From: the human T2T-CHM13v2.0 reference genome, Homo sapiens
Reading direction: 5' to 3' (one strand)
Assembly (NCBI RefSeq): GCF_009914755.1
Contig: NC_060928.1
Length of the DNA stretch: 64,000 nucleotides
The notes below the pieces were generated by a model. It saw only the letters and a program-made list of their open reading frames with translations. It was not told the origin of the DNA and did no database searches. Below, in pieces: positions 1 to 12,412 of the stretch. Numbering within the stretch: the stretch's first letter is position 1; every line of letters begins with the position of its first letter. Made by a program: the position numbers and the translations under genes.

Positions 1-379
1 TGGGTGGGGTGCAGGAGCCCCCTTTTTACAAGCTGACGTGAGCCTCTCATCCCAATCACCCTGTCCCTGGGTCTCGAGCCAAGGAGCCTTGGACTCCACT
101 GTCCCACAGGAACACCCAGAGCAAAGGAGGGCACAGCTCAGGCCTCAGTGTCCTGGGTCTGTGAAATGGGCCCGTCCCGTGGGATGGCGGGTATGGGAAG
201 GCCAAGAGGCCACGGAGGCAGGGGTCGCTGACCGTGGAGCTGGAGCTGTTCCGGGGCCCTGGACCTGCCGGGCTGGGGACAGCCTCTGTGGGTGCCGGGG
301 GTGCTTTGGCGGCTGAGCGGGTCTCTTGGTGCGACGCCGCCTCCCGCCTCCCGGAGCCCCGGCCCCCACCCCGGCACAC

Positions 380-660
380 ACACAACTATTTAATTTTGCT
401 CTGGCAAGGAATAATAGAGTCCTGTGTATCTATTACAGATGCGGGGAGATTGGGCCGCCACAGGCTGCACAGCACATTCAGAGGCCTCACAAAGCCGGCT
501 GCAATCGACTCGGCCTGCCATTATCCATTCAGCGGGCGTAATGAATGAGCGGGCGCAGGCTGCCATATACCACCCGGCCCAGATAACGGCTGAAAGGAGA
601 AAATTAAATTTTGCTTTTGTTGAAACATTATGATTTATGTATTTGTAATGTAGGCTGTGG
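380..660. promoter_or_regulatory. Candidate enhancer / conserved non-coding-like AT-rich island
   Basis: Non-repeat AT-rich island in GC-rich flanks with several TAAT/ATTA cores, AAATTAAATT (601-610) and the PBX-HOX-type word TGATTTAT (631-638). Function is inferred. Confidence 0.45.
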
Positions 661-929
661 TGGGCGACTGGGGGAAGCCTGCTTCCTCAGGGTCACTGAT
701 GGCCCGCCGGCCACTAAGCGCTCAGCCCACTCCTCTGTGGGCAGGAACAACTCCCCCACCTGCTCATCCGCAGGAGGAGCCGGGGGCTGGCACACGGACC
801 CCGGGCAGGCGCGGCCGGCCCCCTCTCCCAGGACGCTGGGCTTGGCTCTCGGAGCAGGCAGGGGGCGGCTTCTGTGTGGCTTGGACCCAGGACCTGGCAT
901 TCTGATCACCCCGTGCCCTGTCTGGACCT

Positions 930-1070
930 GTAAAAATAATTAACTTCTCCTGGCTGGCCCTGGAGAGACAGACACGTGAGAACATCCCCTGTAATTTATA
1001 GCCTAGCGGTCCTGTCCCTTAATGCAGCAATCAGCGCGGGCTTATCACGTTGTGGAAGGTAATAAACTTG
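930..1070. promoter_or_regulatory. Candidate enhancer island
   Basis: Contains TAAAAATAATTAAC, TGTAATTTATAG, CTTATC (GATA) and GTAATAAA (posterior HOX/CDX-type) within 140 bp. Confidence 0.4.
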
Positions 1071-1489
1071 CTTCCTCCCAGCTCGCGGGCTCCTGAGCCA
1101 GGGTCTGGCAGTGCGGCACCCCCTCAGAGGGCCGATGGCTGGCGTAGAGGAGTGGGCAGGGGGCTCCCCTACAAACGGACCACCAGGGAGCTGAGGGCCC
1201 CTCCCATTACAGGACAGGGCAGTGCCTGGCGGCCCGAGGCCCGGGTGGCCGTGTGGCTGCAGGGAGGCCCCGCCCCAGGCTGTGTGGTGAGAGCCAAGGA
1301 CAAGCCTGGGTGACAGACTGGGCCCTTCCCGGCGTGCTGAGGGCCCTGGCAGAATCTTCCCCCCCAGGGCCAGTGCGTGCCCAGCCGAGGACCCCCGAGT
1401 GCAGCTGCAGTGCTGGACCTCACCTCCTCACCTCCGATGCTCCTTCAGAGCCCGAATAGCCCCCCGGGAGCTCACATGTGACGCCTTAT

Positions 1490-1590
1490 CACACTGGACG
1501 GGCGCATTCCCACACAGATGGAAAAACTGAGGCTCACAGAGGCTAAGCAGCCCCAGGGCACCAGTGTCAAGCCGACTCAGGGGTGTCCAC
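1490..1590 (-). mobile_element. MIR SINE fragment
   Basis: ACAGATGGAAAAACTGAGGCTCACAGAGG matches the reverse-complemented MIR core (recalled consensus). Confidence 0.65.
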
Positions 1591-1759
1591 CCCCACACTG
1601 ACCCCTGCCTGCAGAGAGGGGCCATCCTCACCCCCTCACCTGAGGCCTCCTGCAAGCTGTGGTCACAGCTGGGGCAGCCCCTCCTCTTCCACCTGGGGAA
1701 GGAGTGGGGCTTCACGGCATACATGCTGAGCATGGGAGACTCAGCTGTGCCACCATCAG

Positions 1760-1869
1760 GGTGTCTCCCTCGGGCCTCTGCGTCCCCCTGACCGCCGTCC
1801 TCCTGGGGCACAACGGTGTCTCCCTCGGGCCTCTGCACCCCCTTGACCGGCTGTCCTCCTGGGGGACAG
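1760..1869. repeat. 55-bp tandem duplication (2 copies)
   Basis: GGTGTCTCCCTCGGGCCTCTG... starts at both 1760 and 1815. Confidence 0.8.
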
Positions 1870-2479
1870 TGCCCATCTCAGCTGCCATCTGTTCCCAGGG
1901 TCCAGCACAACCTAGATGGAGCCCTCTCCTCCCGCTCCCCTGCTCCCCTCCAGGGCCCACCTGAGTATCCAGCAGCCTGGGGTGCAAGCTGGGACTGGGT
2001 CTCACTGCCTCTGCCCCCCAGAAAGGCCTCTGAGCCACCCCGACAGGCAGAAGCAGCCTGGTCTCTGCTTTGAGATGCTGGATCCAACCATGCCTGAAGC
2101 AGGCAGGTCACAGCCCACTTGGCTGTGTGAGCAGGCAGTTGCCCGTGATGCTTTGTGAGTGCGGGCTCCTGTTACCAGCAGCACAGGGGCCTGGCAGTGC
2201 CTCTGTCTCCCTCTGGAGCCACATGCTCTCCCTTTGTGAGCTGGTGGCACACCCTCCTCCTGAGGCATACCAGCTCCCAAACTGGCCTTCCTGGCTCCCA
2301 CCCTGCCTGCCTCTCAGCTGTGTGCGGCTGCACCCCAGGAGCAGGAACGTGGTGGTCTCAGCTCAGTCAGGCACCCATCCTGGAGCTCAGTGGGCCACCG
2401 AGGTTGGAGGTGGGCTACATCAGCACCTGACGCCTGAGGGTGGGAGGGCAGGCTCCCACGGTGCCTCTGACAGGGCAGA

Positions 2480-2580
2480 TTTGATTGTACCCATTTTCCA
2501 GTTGGGGAATTTGGGCCACAGAGATGAAGTCAGGTATGGAGGTCCAGAGTGCCTGCGGGAACCAAGATCTGAACTCCCCT
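2480..2580 (-). mobile_element. MIR SINE fragment (degenerate)
   Basis: CCCATTTTCCAGTTGGGGAATTTGGGCCACAGAGATGAAG resembles the MIR core. Confidence 0.5.
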
Positions 2581-3846
2581 CTTCCTCTCTTCTACTTCCC
2601 TCTCCAGCCCCTCTGCTAGCCTCAATGTCTCTTGGCCCCTGGAACCCTCCCCAGGAGGCTGCCCAGCTGCTGGGCTCAGTCCACCAGGCAGGCAAGTTGT
2701 GACGGCCAGCGGCACATGGTCTCTCTCCTCATGAGTCAGGAGAAGGCCCTTGGTCCCTGCGGCAGAGGCGGAATCTGCTTTGGGGGCAGATTCTTTGTTC
2801 TGCTGGTTCATCACTGTCATGGGATTGCTGCAGTTCCGTGGGGCCGGGCGCACGTCGGTGGTGTGGGCACCGCCGGGCCCCTCCTGGGAACAGACCTCTC
2901 CCCTCATCGCCGAAGCACGAGGAGGTTTTCGCACGCACAGAGGGTGCCGAGCCGAGCCACGGTAATCTTATTAAGAGATTTATTTTACGTCTGATGCTGC
3001 TTCCTCCAGTGCGGCTCCATCCCCCGTGGCAGCTGTGCTGGCGAACGGGGCCTCTGCCAGCTGGGGGCTCGCCAGGCAGAGAGCCCCATCTCCGTCCTTT
3101 GCCTTTCTGGTGGATCCCTGCCTGGGCTTTGCCTCTGCAGCCCCCCGCCCCACAGGTTCACACCTCGGGTCTTCTCCACCGCTGCCACACGCCAGAGCCT
3201 GTAGCGGGGCCTCAGAGTCTGGGAGGTGGGACTCCTGCACCTCAGCCATCATCAGACCCATGGGGCCACCCAGGGAACCTTGGCAGGGACCATTACCAGT
3301 GACCTGCCGAGGCCCCGGACTCTGCCAGCCAGCTGTGCCGGCCACCCTGCCCCGGACAGTGCCGGTTCATGTGGGAACTAGGGGACGATGTGGTTCTTCG
3401 CATCTGATGATGAAGGCCCTGGGCCACTTGGCACGGGCGGGCGCTCCCGAGATGGATATGAGGAGCCCCCTCTGCCCAACTCCCAGAAAGGCCGAGGCTC
3501 TGCAGCGGGAGGAAGTCCTGCGATGTCCTGGGGGGCAGCAGCGCAGGGCACAGGGACAGCCCCCCTCCACAGCTCTTCCTGGCCAGCCCTCCCCACTATC
3601 TGCCAGGAGGTTGCTTCTTCCAGGAGGCTTTTCCCGACCAGCCCAGGGGTCCAGGGTCTGGGGCTCCCAGCTGCTGTGAGTGCTGCACATTCTCTTGAGG
3701 ACAGCCCCCTCCCTCCCCCACCCACTTCTGGTGCCCACTGTGGCCACAGCAAGCACTGGGGCCTGCACTCAGGGACCTCGGGGCCTCCTGGGGAGCTGCT
3801 GACCCTAGGCAGAGAGATTGCACATCCCTAAGAGTCTACAGACACC

Positions 3847-3922
3847 CCAGTGTTTGCCAGTGTTTGCCCGTGTTCACCAGTGTTTGCCAGTGTTTGCCAG
3901 TATTTGCTCGCCAGTGTTCGCC
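3847..3922. repeat. 10-bp tandem repeat (CCAGTGTTTG), about 7 copies
   Basis: Directly visible repeat unit with minor variants. Confidence 0.9.
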
Positions 3923-4094
3923 ACTTGTCCCTCTGGCTGCAAGAGTGACTGGGTTTGGGCGGGAAGTTGCAGGTCCCTCCAGGACAGTTGGCCGATGACG
4001 TGGAGACAGACCCACCCCCCAATCCTGGCTCCCTGCAGGACGCGGGGCCCCCCGAGATCCTGGCGGTGCTCAGCACGACGGGCACCTCCGTGTT

Positions 4095-4450
4095 CACCAG
4101 TCCAATGGGCACGGAGCGTGGCTTTATTTGCATGTCTGGATTCCTAACGACTTCAGCCTCTGCACCTCCTGGGTTTTCCCTGCTGCAAATTGCCATTTGG
4201 CGTCGTCCCCAATTTCCGGCCAAGGCCGCGTCGTCGTGCTGCTGTGTAATTTGATGTGTGGAGTTCTAGATACCAAGTGTCTGTCGGTTTTAGACATCGC
4301 AAACGTCCTTCCCAGTGTGGCCCGTCCATTCGCTTCTGTGCAGCAAAATCTTTAATTATTTGATGGCATCAAAATGTGTGTCCAGTTTTACCTTCTAGTT
4401 TATACTTTCGAACATTTGTTTGAGAAATCTTTCTCCCACCTGTGGCTGAT
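4095..4450 (-). mobile_element. Old L1M fragment, strongly diverged
   Basis: Collinear remnants of antisense L1: TTTATTTGCATGTC, TTCTAGATACC, CGCAAACGTCCTTCCCAGTGTGG, TTTGTTTGAGAAATCTTT. Confidence 0.55.
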
Positions 4451-5294
4451 AGTGACGTCTTCTAACTTCCCATTTACTATGTTACATTCAGACCCATCAT
4501 CTTCAGGAAGACGCTTGTGTGCGAGACGGGTATGAGGCCCCCACACCCCGCCTCAGGACCACTGTCCATGGTTCCACCCCTGACCCCGGACTCCGCTCCC
4601 CAGACCTCCTAAGTGAAGCCACCTCCACGGAGGGGCCCTCCCCGCCATCATCCCCCAGCCCGGCACCCAGCATCAAATCTGCATGTCTTGTATGTTGGGG
4701 AAAACGCTTGTTTATGCTTACGTTTGAGGTCTGCGACCTCACGGGCCCCTCTCCCCAGAGCTTGGAGAGCAAGCATCAGAGCCACGCAGGGTGTCTGGCT
4801 TGAGAGGGAGGTGGGCAGCGGTTCCACGCCCACCTTGGAGGGCCACCTCGCCTGGCCAATGGCCCATAGGCCAGCCTCACCAGCCTCCCTGAGCACCAGG
4901 AGCCTTTCTGCCCCTGCCATCAACAGGGTCCCTCCAGGCCTCTGACTGTGTGTGAGCCGGCGGAGCTCTGACTGTGTGAGGGGGACAGGATAGGGCCACA
5001 GAGCCGTGCATGTCACTGGAGCCACCAAACTGCCCTACAGTGTGACCCTCACGCGGGCCCAGCCCTCCAGAGCTGGCGCAGGGTGGGTGTGCAGGCACCA
5101 GGTTCTCATCAGCCCCGGGAGCCCGGTGGAGTGGACATCCAGGGCAGGGCGGACCCCAATGGGAGGCCCAGCACGGCTCCTGTCGGGGACCTACCCGTTC
5201 CCAGAATTCCCCCGGGAGCCCCTCGCGGGTTTGTCTGTTGCTGCTGGAGGCACGGCCTGAGGATTTTGCGGTCCCGTTTCATCTGCTGGGAGTA

Positions 5295-5500
5295 GAGACA
5301 CATAAATAACGGGTCTGATAAGATTGAGATATTGAGTGTTTTCTAAGAAGAAAGCAGGAGTGATGGAAGTTTTTCGGGTTTTAGGTTATTCTGGGCAGGG
5401 GCGGGAGGCGAGCGTGTCTGGGAGACTGACGGTGCGGCCTAGGGGAGCCGGGCAGCAGACAAATGTCGTTATGAAGAGCATGAAATTTATACAGCACACA
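5295..5500. promoter_or_regulatory. Candidate enhancer island
   Basis: CATAAATAAC, CTGATAAG (GATA) and AAATTTATAC in an AT-rich patch. Confidence 0.3.
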
Positions 5501-6825
5501 CTCTCCCCTGATCACTCGGGACTCCTCCTGCATTTCAAGGTCACTGTGTGTGAAGGAGGCTCACGGTGAGGCTGCAGCCCGGGTCTCAGTGCGACTGCCG
5601 GGTGGGCATGGAGGGCACTGTGCGACGGCCGAGGATCAGGGATCCCAGGGCCCGGCCCCACCACGACCCAGAACTCGCTCTTGCCTCGCCCCCTCCACCG
5701 CCCCCGAGGTCAGAGGCTGCAGCTTGGACAGGCGGGGGCAGGGGCCCTTCTGTGGCCCTGAGGCCGTAGCCAACCCTGCCTTGGAGTGTGGAGACCCTAG
5801 GGCTGCTCAGGGAGGGGCCCACAGCCTGGTCCTTGCGACCCAGACAGGTGCAGAGCAGTGACAGGCTGCCACGAGCCGGGTTCAGCCACGACACCGGGTC
5901 AGGGAGTGTGAGTGCCTCCACATGTGTGGCCACAGTGGATGTGGGGAGGCTGCCCTGCCCTGCCAGGGAGGATGGACAGTTCCCCTGGCTGTGGGCGCCG
6001 CTTCCCGAACCTGTTTTCATCTACACAGTGGGATGAGAGCCGTGCTGGGCCTACCTGTCCGGCTGGGCTGCGTGAGGTCTTCCAGGGAAGGCGTGGGAAG
6101 GCCCTGCCATCCTTAGCCATCGTGCGGGGCCAGCTCAGGGGCGGGAGGTCTTCCTTGGCTGCATGTCCTGAGTTCTGCCTCCTCACCCCCAATGTCCCTC
6201 GTGGTGAGGCCCCTGATGAAAAGCTCAGCCCAGCCTGGGTGCTGGAGGCTGGCTGGGGCTCAAGGCTTTTCCTTCTGAGGAGCCACAGCCTCTGTGGGTC
6301 CAGAGACAGCTCAGCCACTGCTAGAGGGGCTTCGGGCTCCCGCTTCCCCCCCAGCTCCACCCCACCGCAGGGCAGAGGGAGTCCGGAGACACATGGGGAA
6401 CACGAACTGCTTCCATGTGGCCTTGCTTTATTGTAGCTTACAGAACATATGGGCCTTGCAGCCCAGCCCCCAGGGAGCCAAACCTGGCCTGGAAGGGTGG
6501 GAGACAACAAAAGGGGCAGTGAGTGGGAAGAAGGAAAGGGACCTGCCCACAGCCCAGACCCAGCTCGACAGGCAGCCCGGGACACCATTCCTGAACTGAG
6601 TGGTCTAAGATACAGTCCAGGATGTGGGGGAATGGTGGAGAGCTGGTGCTCAGCCTCTAGCAACCACAGAGACACAAAGAGTGCTGCGCATCATGACCAC
6701 AGTGTCACCCTCCACATTTACTCACTTGTACCCTCTGTTCACCTGGGACTTTAATCCTCTTCCAGGGCAGGAACAGTGTCCTGTCCTTCATACCATTCCC
6801 TAGAATGGAGGAGGGGTGAGATATG

Positions 6826-7714
6826 TGTGATGGATGGAAGAGCAGATGGATGAATGAGTGGATGGATGGGTGGATGGAAGGATGGATAGACGGATGAATG
6901 GAGAGCTGAATGGACAGATGTATGGATGGATAGGTAGAGGATGGATGGATGGATGGATAATGGATGGATGGATGAGAGATAAATGAATAGACAGATGTAT
7001 GGATGGATGTGTAAATGATGGGTGGATGGATGGATGGAAGAAATGGGTGTATGGATAGATGCTGGATGGATAATGGGTGGATGGAGAGATAAATGAATGG
7101 ACAGATGTATGGATGGATGTGTAGATGATGGATGGATGGATGGATGGAGAGATAAATGAATGGACAGATGTGTGGATGGATGTGTAAATGATGGGTGGAT
7201 GGATGGATGGAAGAAATGGGTGTATGGATAGATGGATGGATGGATAATGGGTGGATGGAGAGATAAATGAATGACAGATATATGGATGGATGTGTAGATG
7301 ATGGATGGATGGATGGATAATGGATGGATGGATGGAGAGATAAATGAATGGACAGATGTATGGATGGATGTGTAAATGATGGATGGATGAATGGATGGAT
7401 GAAATGGGTGTATGTATGGAAGAAATGGGTGTATGGACGGATGGATGGATAATGGATGGATGGAGAGATAAATGAATGGACAGACATATGGATGGATGTG
7501 TAGATGATGGATGGATGGATGGGTGGGTGGATGGAAGGATAGATGGACGGATGGATGGGTGGATGATAGAGGATGGATGAAGATATGGATGATGGATGAA
7601 GAAATGGATGGATGGATGGGTGAGTGGGTGGATGGAAGGACGGATGGGTGAGTGGGTGGATGGAAGGGTGGATGATGGATGGGTGGATGAAGAAATAAAT
7701 AAGATAGATAGATA
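6826..7714. repeat. Complex (GGAT)n/(GAAT)n array with higher-order reiteration
   Basis: GGAT runs with recurring blocks GGAGAGATAAATGAATGGACAGATGTATGG and GAAGAAATGGGTGTATGG. Confidence 0.95.
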
Positions 7715-7718
7715 GTTA

Positions 7719-8475
7719 TGAAATGGGCGTGTTCCCTGATCCCCCTCACAGGACATGCAACAGGGGTGTGGCTCGTATGTTCGGCCGCTGTGCACTCAAA
7801 TCTCTTATGGGAGGGGGAACATGCAGCTGAGCAGCTGCAGGAGCTGGAGCAAATGCTTTTGGGTTTCAACCCCACAGTAGCATCTAGGGATGGTGCCTGC
7901 ACGGAAGCCCCAGTGAGTGTGTCACAGGGCTCCTTTAGCTCTGCCATCCACAGACAGCTTAAGTGTTAACCAGCTCAGTGCCCTCTTGGTACCCAGGTTC
8001 TTGTCGGGCATCCAGGAAGAATCAGGTCACATGGACAAATTGAAGGATGGTAAATGTGGGGGATTTTATTGCCAGATGGAGGTGGCTCTCCATGAGATGG
8101 ATGGGAAGCTGGAAAAGAGACGGAGTGGGAAGATGATCTACCCCTGGAGTTCAGCTGTCCCGCGGCTGATCTCCTCTCCCACCGTCCCCAGCCAAGCTCC
8201 TCTTGACGTTCAGATGTTCCTTCTCTTCTCTCCTTCTCTACGGCACCACTCTGCTGTTTCTCTGCTCTTCTGCTCATCTGCTTGTGGAGCCTTGGGTTTG
8301 GGGTTTACATGAGTACAGGATAGGGTCGTGCGGTGGGCCACAAAGCAGCATTTGGGTGAAAAAACAGGAATGCCTGTTCCCATTTAAGGCTTCAGTTTTC
8401 CAGGCTTGAGGGTGGGGTCTTTGCCAGGGAACCACTCTCTTCCACTCAGTATTTCCCTGTCTCCTGTCTGCATCA
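7719..8475 (-). mobile_element. ERV1 solo LTR, LTR1/LTR27-like (about 757 bp)
   Basis: TG...CA termini. The minus strand starts TGATGCAGACAGGAGACAGGGAAATACTG as in LTR1-type consensus. Minus-strand AATAAA at 8065-8070. Flanks GTTA (7715-7718) and GTTG (8476-8479) resemble a 4-bp TSD with one mismatch. Confidence 0.85.
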
Positions 8476-8488
8476 GTTGAGAGGGGGG

Positions 8489-8705
8489 GTGATGGATGGA
8501 CAGATGAAGAGATGAACAAGTGGATAAATGTATAGATTGATAGATGAATGGGTGGGTGGATGGACAGGTGGGTGAGTGAGTGGATAGATGGATGGAAGAA
8601 TGAGGGGTGGGCAGGTGGACGGGGGTGTGGCTGGATGGGTGGATGAATAGGTAGGGGGATGGATGATGGATTGGGTAGATGGATGGATAGGTGGGTCAAT
8701 GTGTA
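8489..8705. repeat. Degenerate (GGAT/GGGT)n tract continuing after the LTR
   Basis: Same repeat vocabulary as 6826-7714. Confidence 0.85.
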
Positions 8706-8709
8706 GATG

Positions 8710-9030
8710 AACTTGAGCAGCGGAATGTGGCTGCACACAAACACACAATCACACAAACACACAAACACACAATCATGCTGAACTTGGGTAAATCTACGGC
8801 CACGAGCCTCCGGGGGCTGCTTAACACTGCCCAGCAATCCTGCTCCTTTTCTCTTCCTCACTCGCACTCTTGCTTTCAGGGACACTTCTCCCCTCACCAG
8901 TCTCTTCTTTCCTTAAACTGCTAACACCCTCTGCTTACTCTTCAATCTCAGCTGCTGACCTTACTTCTTCACTCACTGAAATCCAGGATAACCAAAAAGA
9001 GAAGTTCCTCATTCTCCCATTAAAGGCTCT
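8710..9030 (+). mobile_element. L2 LINE fragment
   Basis: GAGCAGCGGAATGTGGCTG, CTTAACACTGCCCAGCAATCC and CTCAGCTGCTGACCTTACTTCTTCACTCACTGA are collinear with the recalled L2 consensus. Confidence 0.6.
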
Positions 9031-9109
9031 GCACCTGGACCTGGGCGAAGGTATGTGCTCCTGGTGAAGGCAGGCATCACCTCATGGGCACCAGACTCCA
9101 GCCCCTGTC

Positions 9110-9402
9110 ACATAAATGGGCCAATTGAGTGATGGAGAAATGGATGCATGGGTAAGTGTATGAATTGATGAACGAGCAGGTGGACGGATATATGAATATA
9201 CAGAGGTGGATGGAGGCTTGGTGGGCGGATGGACAGGTGAATAGATAGACATACAGAAGAGCTGATGAGCTAATGAATGAGTGAATGGACAAATTTATAG
9301 TTTGATGGATGAATGTATAAGGGGCGAACAGATGGTATGAGCGCACGGTGGATAAAAGGAGAGAGGATCATGAATTGGGGGCAGGTAGGTGGAAGGATGA
9401 AC
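9110..9402. repeat. Degenerate (GGAT/GAAT)n low-complexity tract
   Basis: Decayed TGGA/TGAA repeats. Confidence 0.7.
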
Positions 9403-9867
9403 AACCTCTGCCTGGAACCAGCTGAGGTTGTTTCCACCCCTAAGGCCTATGGTTTGGGCCCCACAGTGTGTGTCAAGGCCTCCATCCCCATCCCAGTGCT
9501 GAGCGGCCCCCTGACCACACCTGCCTCTGGCAGCCTGGCCAGTTGAGGCCCCTGAAAGGGTGGTGTACAGGCCAGCGGCTCTCAGGAGCTCCATTCCTGG
9601 ACCTCCACCCCTTGGACTGGCCCTGGTGGCCACGCCTCCCCCTGGGACAGGCCACCGCTGGTCACAGTTGTTCCAGCCTTGAGGCAGGCCCGGCTTCCTC
9701 CACCCCTGGGCTCTGGGGCTCCTCAGGGCTGGGCCTGGACCCTCCAAGCCCCTCTGCTATTGGTGGCCTGTCCCCATCTGCAGACTCAGCTGCTGTCCCA
9801 GACCAGCCAGGCCCCTGCTCCACAGTCAGCACCCATGCCTGGGCCCAGCCCTTCACACTCCCAGCAC

Positions 9868-10060
9868 GGTGAGTGTACATGTCTGAGTGTGCATGTGTGT
9901 GTGCGCATGCACTTGTGTTCGTGTGTGTCCAAGTACTCAGGTGTGCTCTTGTTACCATACTCGTGTTTGTGTGTAACTGTGCATACGTGTGTCCATGTGC
10001 ATGAGTATATAGGCATCGTATGTGTGTGTTTGCATGTGCCAATGTGTGTGCAGCTGTGCA
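9868..10060. repeat. Degenerate (TG)n/(CATG)n tract
   Basis: TG-rich alternating purine-pyrimidine sequence. Confidence 0.8.
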
Positions 10061-12247
10061 GGGCCTGGCCTGTCCCCCAATCACCCCATGAAGGCACCTC
10101 GGTACCACCATCCAGAGGTCTCAGTCCCACCCTGGGTGTGTCTCTGAGCTCCAGCTGTGTGCAAGGCTGGGCTTGCAGGGAGAGCTCCCTGTTGGCTTTC
10201 TCCTGCCCCTGCCATCCTCCTGCCACCCTGGGGACAAGGCCGTGCTGGGTGCTCAGGGTAGGGGTGGGGACACCTTCCTGGGGGATAACTATAGGATCTA
10301 AGGGATGAGCTGGGATTTACCCGGGAGACACACTGAGATCCGCACCTGTAGCTGGGGGACCGTGTAGGCGGGGGCCTGGTTCTGGGAAGAGCCTAGCACT
10401 GGGACTGGGGCAGAGTAGGGGAGCCCCTTGGGGACAGGCTGTGACCTGCAGGCTGTGAGTGGAAGCCAGGCTGAGGAACCACCAGGGGGCACGGGTACAG
10501 CACCTGGGTGCCCCACGGACCCCCCTACCTGCCTGATGGACACCCTGACAGCAGGAGGCCACTGTGACTGCTTCCTGATCTGCAACCCACCTGCCCAGCC
10601 CGCCACCCGCATCAGCAGCTGGGGACAGGTGTGCGTGTGGGCATGGGAGGTGAGGGCAGGAGAGGCAGACTGGCCCAGGAGAGGGCCTGGCCTCACTAGT
10701 CCTAGCACCCACCTCTCCCTCTCAGAGATGAGATGCTCCCTCTGCCTGGGATCCCCTTCCTGCCCGTGTGCTGGTCACGTCCCCTCTGCATCCACACCTC
10801 TGCTTGGCCGACTCCCTCAGGACCCCCCGACCGCTCAAGGCTCCAGCCACCCTCACGGTGCACACCCGCACTTGGCATGACCTGATTGATGCCAGGCAGC
10901 TCTAGGGAGGGCAGAGGCCTTGTCTGCCAGGTCTTGGCTATCCCAGAACCTGGCACGGGGTGTGACCCCAGGAGGGGAGAAGGAAGTTCCACCCCTCCTC
11001 CAACCCCGGGAAGGTAATGGGGGTGCTTCGAAAGCAAGGGGCTCCTGCTCACACTGATCTGGAGAACTCAGGACTCAAACCAAGTCATGTTCTTTACAAC
11101 AGCACTTGTCAGTGCCTTTGGTGACTGGCATCGAGTGCCCCTCTGCCCCTGCCCTGAGCGAAGCCTGCAGGAACGTCCTTGGCACGTTTGACCCCATGGC
11201 TCCGACATCTTGCAGAGAAGTGATATTGAAAAGGGGCAATTCCTCCTGCAGGGAAGAGAGGAGTGGGGAGAAAGGGAGTGGGCACCAGCCGAGCCCTGGG
11301 GGCTTCTGCCGCAAGCCCCTTGCCTCCAGAGGGCCAGGGAGGAGTTCAGAGAGTTTTCAGTCCCTCCTGCAGCACCTCCCCAAGCAAGGGCACACTCATG
11401 TCAGGGGCTGGAGAGGGACAGGGCTGGGTCTGGGCCTACTGGGGCACCACGAAGGTCACTGACACCTGGCCCTCTGGGCCTCGAGTCCAAAGCCCGTGTG
11501 TGATCAGGAGACTGGCCTGGAGGCCCAGCTCGGCCCCAGAGCTCTCCCTGGCCTGGGAAGGGGTGTGTGCTGGGGGCCCTGGAAGGCTACAGGGAAGCCA
11601 CCATTTCAATCCCGACCACTCACGACCCTTGTGGGACTCCAGGTGTGGATGCCCACCTGGAACAGCCACACTGAGTCAGTGGGGGACCACAGTCCCAGGC
11701 CCCAAGGGTCCCCATCCTGCCACATTCTTAGAGGGGAGCCACTCTTGAGGGACCCCCAGGGTCTCCCAGGCCAGAACCTTGAGGCTGCACGAGGACCCTT
11801 CAGCCCACTCAGGCCCGGACCACTCCAAGGCTGGCCAAGGAACAGGGGAATAGGGTGCTGCCCGAGGCCAACTGAGGGACTTCCAGGGGCCCTCCAGGAG
11901 AAGCTGGCTGGTGGGCTACGTGCCCAGCCTCTGGAGGGCGAGGGGATGGAGAGCTCGTGGCCTCCAACCCCCTGTCCTCACCCCAGGACCAGGCCACAGG
12001 ATGCAGTGAGTCAGAGGATCCCGGAGGCAGTGCCTGGCTCCCCACCTCCCTGGCCGACCCCCACCCTGTTCCCCCACCTGCTGCCCCAGCCCAATAAGAA
12101 GTTGGCCACAGGCACCCCCAGCCCAGTGCCTGTGAACAGCTCCATGGCAGACATGGTGGCTCCAGAGGTGTCCCTGCTCCCTGGGAGCCAGCTGCAGGAG
12201 CTGGGGGCACGGCAGGCGCGCCGGGGGGCTCTGTGGCACGCAGCGAA

Positions 12248-12412
12248 GGCTATTTAAATGCTCCGTTGGAGAGGGATTAAAGTTTACGCAAGGTCACTGA
12301 GGATGTGATAATTATAATCACAGGTTTTTGGCTCCACAATGACAGCCATTTGTTATTTCCGCTCGGGCGGCTCCCGCGGCCCAGAGCTGGTGACAAGCGT
12401 GGACTGATTTAG
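12248..12412. promoter_or_regulatory. Candidate enhancer island
   Basis: CTATTTAAAT, GGATTA (K50 homeodomain), CAAGGTCA (nuclear receptor half-site), GATAATTATAATC and TGACAG (MEIS) are clustered. Confidence 0.5.

Noticed and set aside
6705-7947. HPSI-repeat ORFs up to 398 aa
   Set aside because: Translation of the (ATCC)n strand of the GGAT array plus LTR sequence.
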